In this document: positions 1 through 10,163 of the stretch, piece by piece | Layout: the number at the start of each line of letters is the position of its first letter | How positions within the stretch are numbered: position 1 is the first letter of the stretch | Assembly: GCF_000143415.4 (NCBI RefSeq) | Contig: NW_003314527.1 | Coordinates: forward strand, 1 to 15,533 | Direction: 5' to 3' | DNA: 15,533 nt | From: Selaginella moellendorffii | Lineage: Eukaryota > Plantae > Lycopodiophyta | Notes under the pieces: model-generated | Seen by the model: only the letters and a program-made list of their open reading frames with translations | Told to the model about the DNA's origin: nothing | The model's database searches: none | Position numbers and translations under genes: made by a program

Positions 1-406
1 TTTTAATACTATGCACTAACAGGTAACTTAAGTGGTGTAAGACTTAGTTTGCATAGATATTGCTAATGGAAATTATAATCAACTCAAAAACATAAAAATG
101 AGAAGTAGATTCCTATAGCACATATGAATTTAGAGTTGAAGTACAATCCTATTGCACTACAAAATAAAGATCCAATATGCACTCAAAATCCCCTCCCCGT
201 ATTAGATAGTATCTGTTGAGACTATTCCTATAATAGTAAATGTAGCATATGTGGTTTTGACTTTATACTTTATAATAAATTATCATAAGATAACCAAGGT
301 GTGAGACCTAACTCTTCAATATATGTGCCAAAAGCAATAAAGTGGGATCTAAGTTTCAAGGTTAACTAACTCTCAATATACAACTGATGAGTAAAGTAAT
401 AAGAGT
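1..406. repeat. Non-coding AT-rich dispersed repeat R, copy 1 (partial)
   Basis: Matches 9757-10163 closely and ~7570-7987 more loosely; all three end at AAGTAATAAGAGT. Confidence 0.88.
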
Positions 407-2014
407 TTTATATCGAGTTTTAAAGGCTGTCTTTTCCACATCTTGATCTGCCATCCATATTTAATAATACCTAGACTGCAAATAAAGCTACTTAAAATAC
501 TTAGTCTTTAAGAGTTGGTCAAACAAGTTATCAATGTGAGACAAAGGATAATTGTTTCTAATTGTGATCTTGTTAAAAGCTCAATAATCAATACACATCC
601 TCATAGTATTATCCTTTTTCATAAAAAAAGGATCAATGCTCCATAAAATGACTTGCTTAGTCAAATATGACTTTTGTCAAGAAGTTCTGTGAGTTGTTTC
701 TTGAGTTTAGCCATCTTTTTGATGTTCAAATGATATAGAGACTTCTTAGGTGGTTTAGAACTCGAAATAATTTCAATCCAATGATCAACCTCACGACTAG
801 AAGGTAATCTTGGCAACAAATCCTTCAAAAAGATATCCCAATTCAATGCTAACAACTTTAATATTTCATTTGGTATAGGATCAACCCTATCACTAATTCG
901 AACCGAGTCACTATCACCCTCAGCTTCTATCACTTGAACCCAAAAGGTCTAACATCCCTTCTTAGTTGTTTTTTGAGTGGCTTTTGTAGTCAGGAACTTA
1001 GCATCCTAATCCTTTGAGGAGTGCTTTTACAATTGAAAGGACACATCAAAACTTTCTTTTGACCTCAATGTGATATGACTTTGTCCAACACCATAAATCC
1101 CTTTGATATATTTGTCGAAAAAATCTATACTAAACACCATATGAAAATCTGGTATCTTTAACACTACCAAGTCTAATCTCTCTTTCCACTTGGATATCTT
1201 TATTAGAATATCCCTCACAAACCTTTTACCTACTTGCTCACCTTTCACAAACCAGAAGTGTATAGGCAACATTTACTCAGCTTTCAATCCTAACAACTTT
1301 ATTAAGTTTTTGGATATCACATTGTGCATAGCTCCTGTGTCAATCATCACTTAGATTCAGTGTTTGCAGACAAAGCCTACCAAATACATTAATAGGTCAA
1401 TGCTTGCATTGACTGTGAGAAAAACTTGAGGAAAGTAATGAAAGTAACTCAACTCCTCTTATTCATAATCTACATTGGCCAACTCATCAATCCTTTTAGC
1501 TTCACCACCATTGTCTTCCCTCATAACATTAACACAAGACTTTATTTTATGATTGTTGGGACATTCCAATAACCTATGTTCTGTCTCTCCACAATAGAAA
1601 TAATGACCCACACTATCCATTCCACTAGGAGTAGGTTTCATAAGTTGTTGCTACTTGTACCCATTAGAAAAAGGAACAGAGGGTTTAAGACTAGAAAAAG
1701 TTACTAGTGGTCGCCAACCACCACCTTTGTTAACTATTGCTTGTGAGCCTCTAGGGTAGAATTTTCTTTCCACCCTCTATTTCTCACCTTATTTATTCCT
1801 GGATATTTTTATTTATTTTTGTCCGAGATACCAGCATATGGCTGCTGATACTATTCCATGAGCAAGTGACTGAAGGCAATTTATTGTGCTACCTCTTTAC
1901 ACTTTTGGTACGTCTTCAGATTAAACTTCAAAATCCCATTGCGAAAAAGTGAACTCAAACTTTTTAGGAAATAACTTTGAGCATCTTCGTCACTCATATT
2001 TGCAATCATAATGT

Positions 2015-2974
2015 TGTGAGACATAAAATCCTTAGGCCCCAAAGAGGAGTTGAAAGGGTGTAATGTGGTAGTGGCTGAGGCGGAAACCAAATGAGTGTAA
2101 CACATATGGACTAAAAGCTCTGACTCGAAAAGTCGAGAGCGGGAGTGGAACTCCCAATGAAGGGCTCGAAGAACAAGCACGAAGTGAGCAATAAATGAGT
2201 CTCTAAGAAAAAAACACAAAAGGACCAACACATGATATGTAGAAGGATCTGAGATGGACCCAAGATGGAGTTCAAGATGGACCCAAGATGGAGCCCGAGA
2301 TGGAGTCCGAGATGGAGACTAAGATGGACCCGAGATGGAGTCCAAGATAGAGTCCGAGATAGAGTTTGAGATGGATCTGAGATGGAGTCCGAAATGGAGT
2401 CCAAGAAACCAAGACCGAGATTGAGTTCCATGGTCACATGGTGAGGAAGTCCCAAAGGACAGTGGGACTTACTGGTCAGGCCGGTGGGCCTTGACCAGTG
2501 GCAATGTTGGTGAACATGGCCATGGATAAAAAAGGACTTGGTGCGGATTGGAAAAGGGATATTAGGGAAAGATGTTCCTTATGTCTACAGGCATCCTAAG
2601 GATGCTAAAGAGTGGATCTGAGATGATCACTCATGGACAGATGGCCCAATCTTTGAGAGACAAGACTGTGATGCAAGTGGTGTTGGACCACCGGTGTGAC
2701 CAAGGTGAATGGGCATGGCCTTAGCATAACGGGCTGATATGTCGGTGGTATGTTGGGGTGTCGGTCATGGGATTGGACACGTGGAGCACTTGGACCAAAT
2801 GCAAAAGTTGAGAAACTAAAAACTATGCACAAAAATAACTTTTGTCTGCCATTCTTGGGGCTAGGAAGCCCCAAGTCCGAAATAGGACTTATGGAGGTTG
2901 TGAGTGAAATTCCTCCAAGTGGTTGAAAGTGTGGTTAAGTGATTAAAGTAGAATAGAAAATTTATTCGCTTACA
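2015..2974. mobile_element. Solo LTR (960 bp) nested in gag, copy A
   Basis: TGTGAG...CTTACA termini; 5-bp target duplication AATGT (2010-2014)/AATGC (2975-2979); excision rejoins gag in frame (AQKCI-MIANMSDEDAQSYF). Confidence 0.85.
2246..2405. repeat. Minisatellite of 11/12-bp units (GACCCAAGATG / GAGTCCGAGATG) in the solo LTR
   Basis: About 14 tandem degenerate units, mostly ending AGATG. Confidence 0.92.
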
Positions 2975-3802
2975 AATGCATTTCTGAGCAAGCACATTAA
3001 CATAATGCATAAGGTCTCCATGCTACTTTAACTGCCACAGCTCTGCGCAAAGTCTCAAACCAAGATCATCCGACAAGTATTCTTTATAGATATGAGACTG
3101 CATCTTAATTCAACTTTTAGTCTACCCTCTTTCAGCACATACTTGGCCACCAAGTTTTGGCATGATTAGTGAGAAAAGACTGTTCACATGCAATTTTCAT
3201 ACAATCATCTACGTCTGCCAATATGAAATAATTTTCCATATCATAGACCCAGTCTTCCAAAACTTAATAGTCCCGTATGCCTCTGAAATTGGGTGGTTTT
3301 AGAGGCTTGAACTTTAAAACTTGTGCAACTGGGGGCAATTGCAAAACTTCATCATCCTCAGAATTTGAAGAAGAGTCCGGTTGCTTAGGTTTAGTTGGTT
3401 TAGCTGCCTCAGCATCGTTCTTCCTTTTGTTGTTCTCCTTCTTCAATTTGTGAACTTTCTTTCACAAATTTTCAATCTCAATATCTTGAGTCATATGTTG
3501 CAGTGAGGCTCTTCCGCTTCAGACTCAACCTTAGCTTCTTCCACAACATCTCTAGCAGGAGTTTCCGCCTCTCAATTCCCTTGTCTAGAAGTTTCAACGT
3601 CATTAGTACGGTTCCTTTTCACCATCTTGCTAGTTGGATGCATGCCTCTATCAATAACTGAACATGCATACAACATTTTTACCGAATGGTGTAATCCAAT
3701 TAATCCTACACATGTCGCTTCAAATCTACTAAAAAAGTCTTTGCATATGCAACTTGAGTCAAAAATTCTAACAAAAGTTCGACAGGAATCGCTAAAATAA
3801 TT

Positions 3803-3814
3803 GCTTTGATACCA
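3803..3814 (-). promoter_or_regulatory. Primer-binding site (tRNA-iMet), copy A
   Basis: Minus strand TGGTATCAAAGC vs canonical TGGTATCAGAGC (1 mismatch), upstream of gag and 2 nt from the inferred LTR end. Confidence 0.85.
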
Positions 3815-3816
3815 AA

Positions 3817-4759
3817 CGTAATGCACATGAATTTGGAGCTAAACTCCAAGTCTGCTGCGTTATGAAATGAGGGTCCCATACACTCTTAATCTTACAAGCA
3901 CCAACTCCTTGTATCTAACACTTACATGCAAAACGGTGTCAGATGGTGTCTGGCATGATTTTGACATACTAGTGGCCTAACGCGAGGAAAAGGGTACCCC
4001 ACCGACTAGAACAACATGGAACTTATTAGGATTTTGAAATCACAATCAAAACGGTATAAAGTTTGGATTAAATGAAACCAAGTCTAATAATGAGTCTTAG
4101 AACAACTTTAAGATTGAGTCCAAAACCAATCATCCCTTAGAGCTCTAACCTTCATTTTATCCTTGGCAATACAAAATGGGTAATGCAATTGTGTGAATTT
4201 TATTGGAGATAGAAGCCCAAGCCCTTCTAATAGACATGATGTATACACTTGTGACCACTACATGAACCATTACCCAAAGGGCAACAGTGAGTCACAGGCT
4301 GAAAGCACAAGAGACTAAGTGGGTGACTCTAGGCACATTAAAGGTGGAGACAACAAAAAACATCCACTATGGAGACAATCATTTATGCAGCTTATTTAAA
4401 TCCCTTGGGCTTCTTGGGGGTTGCCATAAGGCCATGTAAACAGAATATGAATGAATGCTACTTTCCAGTACTGACTAGCACATAAATTGTTAAGCAGAGC
4501 AAAACCATACTAAAGTACATTCTCCCACTAGGATGAGATTAAACACAGCATAAATTTAATGGTGCTTGAACATGATAATCATGACTATACAGTCCTCTTG
4601 TCTTCTATATGGATTTGGGAAGACATGGACTACATTGGCAATCTTCTTCAAAATGGCATTTCTAAATCTTTTGATTTCATGTTTCATGGTGGGCATATAT
4701 AAATGAATGAATGATTCAACATCAAAATTTAAAAACAATTTCATTGTGTTACGTTGACT
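3817..4759 (-). repeat. Inferred 5' LTR of the gypsy element, copy A (~940 bp)
   Basis: Lies between the PBS and the duplication boundary. Inner end reads CATTACG (CA decayed to CG); outer end AGTCAACG versus TGTCAACG in copy B. TATA-like TTTAAATAA near 4392-4400. No cognate 3' LTR to confirm extent. Confidence 0.6.
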
Positions 4760-5873
4760 TTGTGGAAGCCTTTGTGAAGGACAGTGGAGACGTGGAGAGG
4801 GAGCTGGATGTTCAAGTTGAGTTCATGAACTTGAATGTGGATGTTGTAGCGAGGACAACACTGGGGTTGGAAAACAGTGACTTTCAGAACATTCTCAAAT
4901 ATAGCATCACATTGCTCAACCTGCAAGATGGTCAAGAGACCTGGAGCTGGTTACCATTTGCCAGGTACAGGTGGCTTAAGGAAAAAGCATATGAACTGTA
5001 CTGACTTACGGAAGATATTGTGGTGCAGGCTGATCCCCTTCGGTATAAACGTTGAACGGTGGAAAGTACGGAAACAGTTTAATGACCTTGTTCGTAAGCA
5101 AGTGAGAGAGAGAAGAAAGAAGACGACAGGCAATAACGTTGATTTTATTGGGATGCTCTTGGATAATCCAGATGTTAGAGAAGACGTGATTGTCGCCGAG
5201 TTGAAAACACTCTATGCTACAGGGTTTATCAGCTTGGCCCCACTTCTCTCATTCACAATGTTGATGCTGGCTCTCTATCCCGATTGGCAAGAGAAGGCAA
5301 GACAAGAAGTTGACCAAGTTCTGGATGGAGAAGTTGTTAGTCCCAAAGATGTCAGCAAGCTAACCACGGTAACCAGTTAATCAGATTTGTCCTTTGATCC
5401 ACATAACTGAGCTTGCTGTATGGTTCTTGTTTGTGCAGATTGAGATGATTCTGCGAGAGACATTGAGGCTGTATCCCACAATGCCGCTCATCGCCAGGGT
5501 GTGCATTAAAGACACTATGCTGGGGGACGTGTTCATTCCCAAAGGACTGGGGGTGAGCGTTAATGTCGTTGCGCTGCATCATGACCGAGATCTGTGGGGA
5601 GATGATGTAAATGAATTCAACCCATCCCGCTTCAAGAATGGTACTGCAACTGCAGCCAAGCATCCCATGGCGTTCATGCCATTTGCCTATGGAGTTCGAA
5701 CCTGCATTGGAAGGGCCTTCTCTGAGATGCAGTGCAAAATAATCATTGCTAACATCCTTCAGAGATTCGAGGTTAAATTGTCTCCAAATTACCGGCACCA
5801 CCCAGTCATTACAGGACCCCTGATCCCAAAGCATGGCATGCCTGTCATACTCAAGCCAAGGCGGAACTTCTAA
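4760..5873 (+). pseudogene. Cytochrome P450, CYP72 clan, 5'-truncated (exons ~4760-4964, 5029-5368, 5439-5873; ~326 aa, no internal stops)
   Basis: GT-AG introns 4965-5028 and 5369-5438 at CYP72-clan positions (LPFAR|LIP; KLTT|IEMIL); PDWQEKARQEV; ExxR (ETLR); LHHDRDLWGDDVNEFNPSRF; heme motif FAYGVRTCIG at 5682-5711. Membrane anchor and C-helix absent, replaced by LTR. Confidence 0.93.
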
Positions 5874-5999
5874 GACAAAAAGATTTTAAAATAAATCTGT
5901 TTAGATATAAAAACCTTTATTCATGTCCAGAAAATAACACTCGGCATTTGCTCTGAGAATCGTGTTCCACGGACGGAGGGGCAACAACATCGATCTGAC

Positions 6000-6830
6000 C
6001 TACCCTTCCATGTACATGTTGGCCAGGAGAATGTAGCCAGCTGAATCCATAGTGGCACAGATAGCAGCCCGCGAGAGAAACCAGCGTTGAACAGATCCTC
6101 GGCAAAACAAGAAACTTCCCCAACTCATTCGTCTCACCTACCTGTCACTGAAATCTGTCCAGCCTTCTCGTAAGGATCATAAGGCAGCAGCTTGTGAACG
6201 TCCGGCCACCCATTGTCGATGCAGTCGACGATGTGGGATCTTCTTGTACACCGGAATTGCCTGCAGAAGCTCCTTGCTCTTGTCTCCTCCTGGTGATGGT
6301 GCTCCACACCCTTGATAGTCAAGGGATACTGATCTCGCAAGCCGAACATGCTCGGCCAGAAATTGAGAACTTGCGAAGCCGCCGTAAACCCTGCTCGATC
6401 CAGATGCCCGTAGCCTGATCGTCCGGGCGATTTCATCCCACTGCGGCATCAGACTCAGCAGATATAGCTTGATATTCCCAGCGGATACGTTTTGCCACAC
6501 AGTCTAGGAGACTACATCCTTCTTCGAAGCAATCGCAAAGAACAGGGATTCAGTCCCCTTCTCCGCAAATGCCAGAAGCCTTGTGGTGAATAAGACCAGG
6601 CTTTGGCAGGGCATCGAATCGAACACACCGTCCCAGATTGCAGGTAGCCAATTAGAAGCAAGCTTTTTGTAGGATCAAAAGTCAGCGCTTTGAACAATAT
6701 ACTACTCGGGACTTGCCTGTTGCAATTGGAAGAGTTGAAGTGCTTGCCTCACATCCATCTGCTGGGGATTCTGCTCATACTATGATCTCCAGAGCTTTTG
6801 GATTGCCAGATGCTGCTATCCAAGAATCCA
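6000..6830 (-). pseudogene. Decayed PLS/E-class pentatricopeptide repeat gene
   Basis: VFDSMPCQSLVLFTT..AFAEKG; KKDVVS*T (TGG>TAG at 6504-6506); LMPQWDEIA; KGVEHH; KELLQAIP; E-motif DSAGYILLANMY (6012-6047). Motifs are spread over several frames; upper boundary approximate. Confidence 0.78.
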
Positions 6831-6857
6831 ATAATAATCCTTCCCAGCTCCAGCATA

Positions 6858-7431
6858 CATTTAAATGTTAAAAGACTTAGATTGTAATGAATAAATTTAG
6901 AATATACTTTGATATTTTGGGATATTTTATCAACTAATGGTTGTTATTTATTTAGATTAATTCTGTATTTATAATATATAAATAACTTTATAATTTATAA
7001 ACTTTCATAAACACTTTTAAGTATATTCTAGTTTATTCTACCTTCTAATAGTTGATATATAATAAGATTAATCTTGTGTTATAAATTATAAATATGTTAA
7101 TTAATTATAAACTTCCATTTGATCAATTGGATAATAAATAGAATAACACAACTATTAACTTAAGCAAACAAAGCATTTCTATGCGATGACTAGTATGTTT
7201 ATTTGTATAAGATTATTATTGCAATTTAAATGACTTGTATTATAACAAGTTTTTATGCTTAAGAAAATATAGATAATATTTATCTCACATGTTTTCATTG
7301 AAACAAAAGTTGTTGTTATTTTCAAATATTATATAAGTTATTAGTGTCAGGAGCATGTCATTGAAAGAAGGGAAAAAAATAAACTACCAATAAAATATTA
7401 AAGAAAAAAATAGATTTGTGCTAAATGGATC
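6858..7431. other. Very AT-rich non-coding block
   Basis: Abrupt compositional switch after the PPR remnant; no ORF. Confidence 0.7.
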
Positions 7432-7531
7432 NNNNNNNNNNNNNNNNNNNNNNNNNNNNNNNNNNNNNNNNNNNNNNNNNNNNNNNNNNNNNNNNNNNNN
7501 NNNNNNNNNNNNNNNNNNNNNNNNNNNNNNN
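7432..7531. other. Assembly gap (100 N)
   Basis: Run of N of placeholder length. Confidence 1.
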
Positions 7532-7987
7532 AGTTCAAATCCCATCAACAAATGTTTAAATTAAAAACGCACTTCATACTAAGCACTAATAAGCAATTTA
7601 AGTGGTGTAAGACTTAGTTTGCATAGATATTGCTAATAAAAATTTATAATCAACTCAAAAAAATAAAAGTGAGAATTAGACTCCTTTAGCACATATGAAT
7701 TTGGAGTCAAAGTACAATCCTATTGCATTACGAAATAAAGATTAAATATACACTCAAAATCCCCTCCCTCCATTAGATAGTATTTGCTAAGATTATTCCC
7801 TATATTACTAAATGCACCACATGTGGTTTTGACTTTATACTTTATAATAAATCATCATAATTATCATAAGATAACCAAGGTGCAAAGCCTAACTCTTCAA
7901 TATATGTGCCAAAAGTAATAAAGTGAGATCCGAGTTTCAAGGTTAACTAACTCTCAACATACAACCAATGAGCGAAGTAATAAGAGT
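7532..7987. repeat. Repeat R, diverged copy (left end cut by gap)
   Basis: Colinear with 9688-10163 (roughly 85-90% by eye); lacks ~30 bp present near 9730-9758, has an extra TCATAA-type unit near 7850, and is not joined to RT. Confidence 0.88.
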
Positions 7988-8056
7988 ACAGAATAACAGA
8001 GGATCAATATTAGAGTTAAACACCAAAAACAATATGGCCAAAAGTGGCATTTGACA

Positions 8057-9126
8057 TTATTTTATAAATACTCCATATGGCAAGTCAAACTCAAAACAAA
8101 GATAAACATGCCACTTAACTGAAGAGAAGATCGTGGTTTTCCCATCTTGCTTCCCAAGTATGTTGAAGAGGTTTCCACTCTCATAATCCTTGATGACATT
8201 GAACCAAGGGTGGTACACCAGATTGCAATCTTTTTTCAAGTTTTCTTTGCAATTTCCTCAAAGTCCTGCAGTAAAAAGGAATTTAGTACAAGAGATCTCC
8301 TGTTATCATGATTGGACTAACCTGAAAAGAAATCCCCTTCTTTGCTTTTCCAGTGCCAAGCTTCCTTGGACAATCCAACTTCTTCCAATGGAAACAAGTG
8401 TGTTCAAGCATCTCCCAGATGTAAGACTTGAACCACTCCTTTTTGTTGGCGTTTGCTGTAGACAATATTGTGATGACCTTCTCAAAAGAAGTCGATGTGG
8501 AACTAAAACTTGTCCTTGATACTCTATGGCATGTTGGGAGGCGTAAGTGTTGCCTGGAGACTATGAGAAACTTCACGTTGGAGTGCCCCAAGTACTCATC
8601 TTTGAAACGAGTGAGTAATGTGGATTGCATTGCCCCNNNNNNNNNNNNNNNNNNNNNNNNNNNNNNNNNNNNNNNNNNNNNNNNNNNNNNNNNNNNNNNN
8701 NNNNNNNNNNNNNNNNNNNNNNNNNNNNNNNNNNNNCCCCCCCCCCCCCTTTTTTTTATATGGTATTACAACACCAATGTCCGGGACTTGTGGATTCTTG
8801 AGCACGGACTGCATAAACTGTTGAACCCAATCTTCATTCACCTTCCTGTGGTTGAACGTGTTGAATATGACACAATGGGAAACCTTTATAGCCACAAGAG
8901 GCGTCTCGATGTATCAATCCTTCAAGTCTTCCAATAGCTCACCAGCAGCTTCAACTATCCTCTCATCTATAACCCACCCCCATCAGATGGCGCTATCTAG
9001 CGGCCCACAAAGTTCACCTTTAAACTCAACTGGACATATGTTAAATTCTTGTCTAACTGAAGACCCAAGCTGTGAGGCTCTCCCATTGGCTGAGAGCAAC
9101 ATCCACAAAAAATTTCCAACAACCAT
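8057..9126 (-). pseudogene. Degenerate ORF of unknown function (weak ParB/Srx-like pattern), probably repeat-borne
   Basis: One frame from ATG 9126 to the gap with only two TGA stops (8983-8985, 8914-8916; CGA>TGA-like). Continues after the gap as ORF 8283-8630, a candidate GT-AG intron at ~8268-8321, and ORF 8057-8239. Confidence 0.45.
8637..8736. other. Assembly gap (100 N) flanked by poly-C
   Basis: C4 before, C13 then T8 after; true size unknown. Confidence 1.
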
Positions 9127-9219
9127 GTCTCCTCAATGCCTAAGATTCGATGAAGCTATGCCTTATATATTGTTAACACGTTATTTTTCTAAAACTAAAA
9201 ACTTCTAATAAGGACATCT

Positions 9220-9638
9220 CACAGAGATCTCGGAGTAAAGATTGATGCCGTCTCTTCGAATTCCAAGCATGTCTCTGATTTTAAGATTGACGTAGAGATC
9301 CCCGGATGGACCACTAAGAGAGGGTACAGTCAATATATAGAACAAGCACAAGATTTAAGCTCACCCTCTTTCTCCAGCATCTCCTCCACTAGCAACACGG
9401 AGAGTGCTCCCGCTGTCAACTCCACATGGAACACTTAGTTTGATCGTTTTTTTTGGTCGAATACCTCCTTTGCCTCCACATTTTCTGCAGCGATCGGAAA
9501 TCACTTCACCCTCGCCACCACAGTTTGTACAAGTAGACACCTGAGAGAAAGAAAAACAATGTGAGCCAACAAAACAAACGTTATCAACGAATTGCTAACC
9601 TGTGAGAACATCCCAAAGGCTGTTTCTTGTGTTCACAT
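9220..9638 (-). pseudogene. Internal fragment of a type I DnaJ/Hsp40 gene (plastid DjA-like; zinc finger plus start of C-terminal domain)
   Basis: Exons 9638-9600, 9540-9365, 9313-~9220 with GT-AG introns of 59 and 51 nt splice to M*TQETAFGMFSQ|[59 protein letters not shown]|GPSGDLYVNLKIRDMLGIRRDGINLYSEISV. Two CxxCxGxG repeats and GDLYV; no J domain. Confidence 0.93.
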
Positions 9639-9687
9639 CAATCCAAAAACCTAGCTTTTAGAATCAATATGCTTATGCATATTCATG

Positions 9688-10163
9688 AGTTCAAATCCTA
9701 TCAATAAATGTTTAAATTAAAAACACACTGATGACAAATATATGACATCATCCCCCTTTTAATACTATGCACTAATAGGTAACTTAAGTGGTGTAAGACT
9801 TAGTTTGCATAGATATTGCTAATGGAAATTTATAATCAACTCAAAAACATAAAAATGAGAAGTAGATTCCTATAGCACATATGAATTTGGAGTTGAAGTA
9901 CAATCCTATTGCACTACAAAATAAAGATCCAATATGCACTCAAAATCCCCTCCCCGTATTAGATAGTATCTGTTGAGACTATTCCTATAATAGTAAATGC
10001 AGCATATGTGGTTTTGACTTTATACTTTATAATAAATTATCATAAGATAACCAAGGTGTGAGACCTAACTCTTCAATATATGTGCCAAAAGCAATAAAGT
10101 GGGATCTAAGTTTCAAGGTTAACTAACTCTCAATATAAAACCGATGAGTAAAGTAATAAGAGT
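9688..10163. repeat. Repeat R, copy joined to truncated RT
   Basis: Homology to 7532-7987 and 1-406. Confidence 0.88.

Larger units (their letters stand above)
407..3625 (-). pseudogene. gag-pol remnant (gag, CCHC knuckle, aspartic protease, N-terminal RT), copy A
   Basis: Gag KPPNFRGIRDY*VLEDWVYDMENYF (~3230-3300) and MIANMSDEDAQSYFLKSL (~1955-2009); knuckle YFYCGETEHRLLEC with first Cys lost (~1560-1600); protease VMIDTGAMHN (~1321-1350); [57 protein letters not shown]. Many stops and frameshifts. Confidence 0.92.
1..4759. repeat. Copy A of a ~4.7 kb direct duplication (left end runs off the window)
   Basis: Aligns with 9757-14480 at offsets 9756/9757, then 9803 after a 46-bp minisatellite difference, then 9721 after an 82-bp indel at 4500-4581. 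Similarity stops abruptly after CATTGTGTTACGTTGAC (4758/14479). Confidence 0.97.
407..4759 (-). mobile_element. 3'-truncated degenerate Ty3/gypsy LTR retrotransposon, copy A
   Basis: Minus-strand order LTR, PBS, gag, zinc knuckle, protease, RT. RT directly after protease is gypsy order. Ends just after the RT motif KTAFKTRY; no YxDD, RNase H, integrase or 3' LTR. Confidence 0.92.

Noticed and set aside
2246-2405. Repeat array as CRISPR
   Set aside because: No unique spacers and eukaryotic context.
1881-2874. ORFs 1881-2231, 2111-2455, 2605-2874 and counterparts 11638-12677
   Set aside because: Mostly translations of solo-LTR and minisatellite sequence; only the last ~42 codons of 1881-2231 are gag.
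4500-4581. 82-bp segment missing in copy B as a lost intron
   Set aside because: Boundaries do not give GT-AG on either strand; treated as an ordinary indel.
4741-5834. Antisense and alternative-frame ORFs over the P450 (likewise 14759-15406 over the OMT and 8190-9208 on the plus strand)
   Set aside because: Shadow frames of genuine coding sequence with no motifs of their own.
8631-8757. A8-Gn tract on the minus strand as a retroelement PPT
   Set aside because: Interrupted by a gap, lies within a coding-like frame, and is not followed by either LTR seen here.
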